18,414 bases of DNA from the NCBI GenBank assembly GCA_016839785.1, contig JAEOTQ010000081.1, positions 1-18,414 of the forward strand. The letters are read 5' to 3'. Each line of letters opens with the position of its first letter. Within the stretch, counting starts at the first letter, position 1. The notes below the pieces were generated by a model. That model searched no databases and was not told where the DNA came from. It worked only from the letters and a program-made list of their open reading frames with translations. Below, piece by piece: positions 16,316-18,414 of the stretch. The position numbers and the translations under genes were made by a program. This DNA is from Candidatus Hodarchaeota archaeon (GTDB lineage: Archaea > Asgardarchaeota > Heimdallarchaeia > Hodarchaeales > Hodarchaeaceae).

Positions 16316-18196
16316 TCAAAGGGTTTTTTCGAAAAAATCACAGATTTTCATTATTTTTACTCTTCTATTCTTTTTTCGATAAATACCATGACCCTCGTCA
16401 TCAAATGGCAGCTTTTCATAATCTATATTGTGTTTTATCAGTTCTTCTTCTACAACTTTAACGTTTTCAGGAGTGACATTAGGATCGTTCATGCCCTGAA
16501 CAATTAACACGTTTCCAGTAATGTTTTGGATATAGTTAATAGGTGAACCCTCTTTATATCTCTCAGGGACTGCTTGAGGGGAACCACCCATCATTTCCTC
16601 ACTATAAGGACGGATATCAGGTCGGGTAGTTTCATAATCCACAATGAGGTCGGTCATACCACACACAGGAGCACTGGCAGAAAAAATGTCTGGAAATTTA
16701 GTAATTCCATACCAGGCCGAGAAACCACCATAACTAGTCCCTGTAATGCCGATTTTTGCGTCAGATGGCAAATATCTATTTATAAGCGCTTTTGCACCTG
16801 CAGCAATATCTTCTTGTTCATTGCTACCCCAACCCCCTACTTTAATTAGCTCTCGAAACTTGATCCCATACCCTGTTGAACCACGATAATTAGGATCCAA
16901 AACAACGAAACCTCGTGAAACAAAATATTGGATTTCCGTATTTAAAGCATCCTCAGAATGGAATGTTGGACCTCCGTGAACATAGACTATACATTTATTA
17001 TTAGGATCAATGGGAGTATATACCCAGCCATGAATAGGTTTATTATCGAAAGAAATCCATTCAAATTCTTTTGCTTGAGTTAGATGAGACTGTTGAACTT
17101 TCAATTTCTCAAAATTATCAAATAGAAAGTCAAAGTCGTTAAGTGTTAAATTATTGATATCCCTAGTAGGGAAAGAAACCAAAGTTTCTGGCTGGATAGA
17201 GCTATAGTAAGAACCGATCCACGTTCTAGAATCGATTGGGAAAGTTGGTAGGAGTGTTCCCGTTTCAAACCTAGGAAAGGGAACTAGTGTCCTATCATTC
17301 AAATTATAAAAGTAAACTGATTGCTTTGCTTTGATAATTTCGATAAGAACTAGAATATTAGGATCAAACCGACTCACATACGCCTTGGAGAAATCATATT
17401 TACGATTTGGAGTTTCAGGGGACTCCAAAATCCAGAAAACTTCTTCCTTGTCTACAGAAAAAATACCAGCCAGACGCTTATCTAGTCTCTTGTCATTAAA
17501 GGAATCAGTTACAAAAACAATATTTCGAGAATCTGGAAGCCAACTAGCCTCGACTTTTGCTTTTTTACCAAAATTAAGGATTTCTCTGTCATCCTCACCA
17601 TCGACATTTATAAGCCAATACTGCCTGCCTGCAGGATCGATATCACTTCTAGAATAGAGTAATCTGGATCCTTCTAAGTTTAATTGAGAATAATTCCATG
17701 CAGGTTTTAGAACGGAGGTTAAATGATGGATTTCATTTTTATTTTCGACATTTTGAGCATATAGATGAAAAATCTCGGTTTCTTTCTTGGTTTGCGGATC
17801 AAAATTAGCAAAATAATACATTAAATCGCCCTTTGGGGCTATTTCTGAACCTCTGAGATAAAAATCTGGAGTTTCCTTGGTTAAAGCGTGCATTTTCTTC
17901 GGTTCATCTAGAAAAACCCGAAATAACGCGATTCTTTCATTTCGCGCTTTATCTTCAGCAACTATTACAGATTTCGAGTCAGGCCACCATTTTGTGAAAT
18001 AAGTAAGCTCTTCGGTTTCAGTAAGAACATCTAACTTCCTATCTTCATCCTTATAGTCAATTAAAAACACATCTACATTAGGATGGAGACCAAAAATCGT
18101 TAAAGCGATGTTTTGATTAGCTATTGCCCTTTCAGCAGAAAATATTTGAGAGATATTTAACAATTCATCAATAAATGTTTCAGAGCCAAGATCCAT
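16316..18196 (-). CDS. S9 family peptidase (acylaminoacyl/prolyl oligopeptidase): beta-propeller plus alpha/beta hydrolase
   Basis: VHGGP, PNYRGSTGYG, nucleophile GTSYGG, QGMNDPNV (Asp), DEGHG (His). Confidence 0.93.
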   Translation of the reverse strand: MDLGSETFIDELLNISQIFSAERAIANQNIALTIFGLHPNVDVFLIDYKDEDRKLDVLTETEELTYFTKWWPDSKSVIVAEDKARNERIALFRVFLDEPKKMHALTKETPDFYLRGSEIAPKGDLMYYFANFDPQTKKETEIFHLYAQNVENKNEIHHLTSVLKPAWNYSQLNLEGSRLLYSRSDIDPAGRQYWLINVDGEDDREILNFGKKAKVEASWLPDSRNIVFVTDSFNDKRLDKRLAGIFSVDKEEVFWILESPETPNRKYDFSKAYVSRFDPNILVLIEIIKAKQSVYFYNLNDRTLVPFPRFETGTLLPTFPIDSRTWIGSYYSSIQPETLVSFPTRDINNLTLNDFDFLFDNFEKLKVQQSHLTQAKEFEWISFDNKPIHGWVYTPIDPNNKCIVYVHGGPTFHSEDALNTEIQYFVSRGFVVLDPNYRGSTGYGIKFRELIKVGGWGSNEQEDIAAGAKALINRYLPSDAKIGITGTSYGGFSAWYGITKFPDIFSASAPVCGMTDLIVDYETTRPDIRPYSEEMMGGSPQAVPERYKEGSPINYIQNITGNVLIVQGMNDPNVTPENVKVVEEELIKHNIDYEKLPFDDEGHGIYRKKNRRVKIMKICDFFEKTL

Positions 18197-18231
18197 AACA
18201 AATACACATCTTCATATCGATATACGCTTTT

Positions 18232-18279
18232 TACATAAGACTATTTCTAAAAAGAATTGTGAGGACTAATACTGTCCAG
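18232..18279 (+). repeat. Intergenic structured element, copy 9 (degenerate)
   Basis: ACATAAGAC, then TTTCTAAAAAGA (shared with copy 8), then ATTGTGAGGACTAATACTGTCCAG 18256-18279, matching the copy 8 core at 17 of 24 positions. Confidence 0.6.
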
Positions 18280-18414
18280 CATTAACAGTACGATCTACTG
18301 AAGGCCTTCTGAGAGAGCTTCAGAATCTTGTAAAATTTTGCCCAGACGTTTGATCTAACCTTCTAATAACCCTTACATATCCGCCAGAAGACTTTTGGAA
18401 TGAATTAGTACAAA

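Noticed and set aside
3764-17657. Short nested or antisense ORFs (3764, 3861, 7359, 9905, 12587, 13988, 16574, 17331), plus 2279 and 7944
   Set aside because: They overlap well-supported genes or lack recognisable motifs, so they are treated as spurious.
2622-18279. CRISPR array interpretation of the 24-nt repeated core
   Set aside because: Copies are 1-2.8 kb apart with whole genes between them, vary in sequence and extend into longer conserved blocks. No cas genes are present.
18295-18414. Protein-like minus-strand frame at the window end
   Set aside because: It is interrupted by stop codons and truncated by the window edge, so it cannot be assigned.

Overview
AT-rich window that is probably archaeal. 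It most resembles Asgard archaea (Heimdallarchaeia/Hodarchaeales-like); this is inferred from a Rab/Arf-like protein, NosD-type, Kelch/FN3 and WD40 surface proteins with TM+K/R tails. It carries about 12 functionally unrelated accessory genes on both strands: transglutaminase-like lipoprotein, beta-helix surface protein, double nitroreductase fused to a di-heme membrane domain, degenerate small GTPase, WD40-serine hydrolase, nitronate monooxygenase-like, YbjQ plus a Cys/His membrane protein, Kelch-Ig-FN3 surface protein and an S9 peptidase. The main signal is non-coding. Nine copies (8 clear, 1 degenerate) of one element, core consensus AACGAGAGGACTGAcmwTTTCCAC, lie between the gene units from 2.6 kb to the window end, all in the same orientation, one per junction, 1-2.8 kb apart. 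The copies show covarying hairpins, and three have long (about 200-280 nt) folded extensions. This suggests an unannotated structured RNA/ssDNA element that may delimit a gene-cassette-like array. No integrase, transposase or reverse transcriptase is visible in the window.
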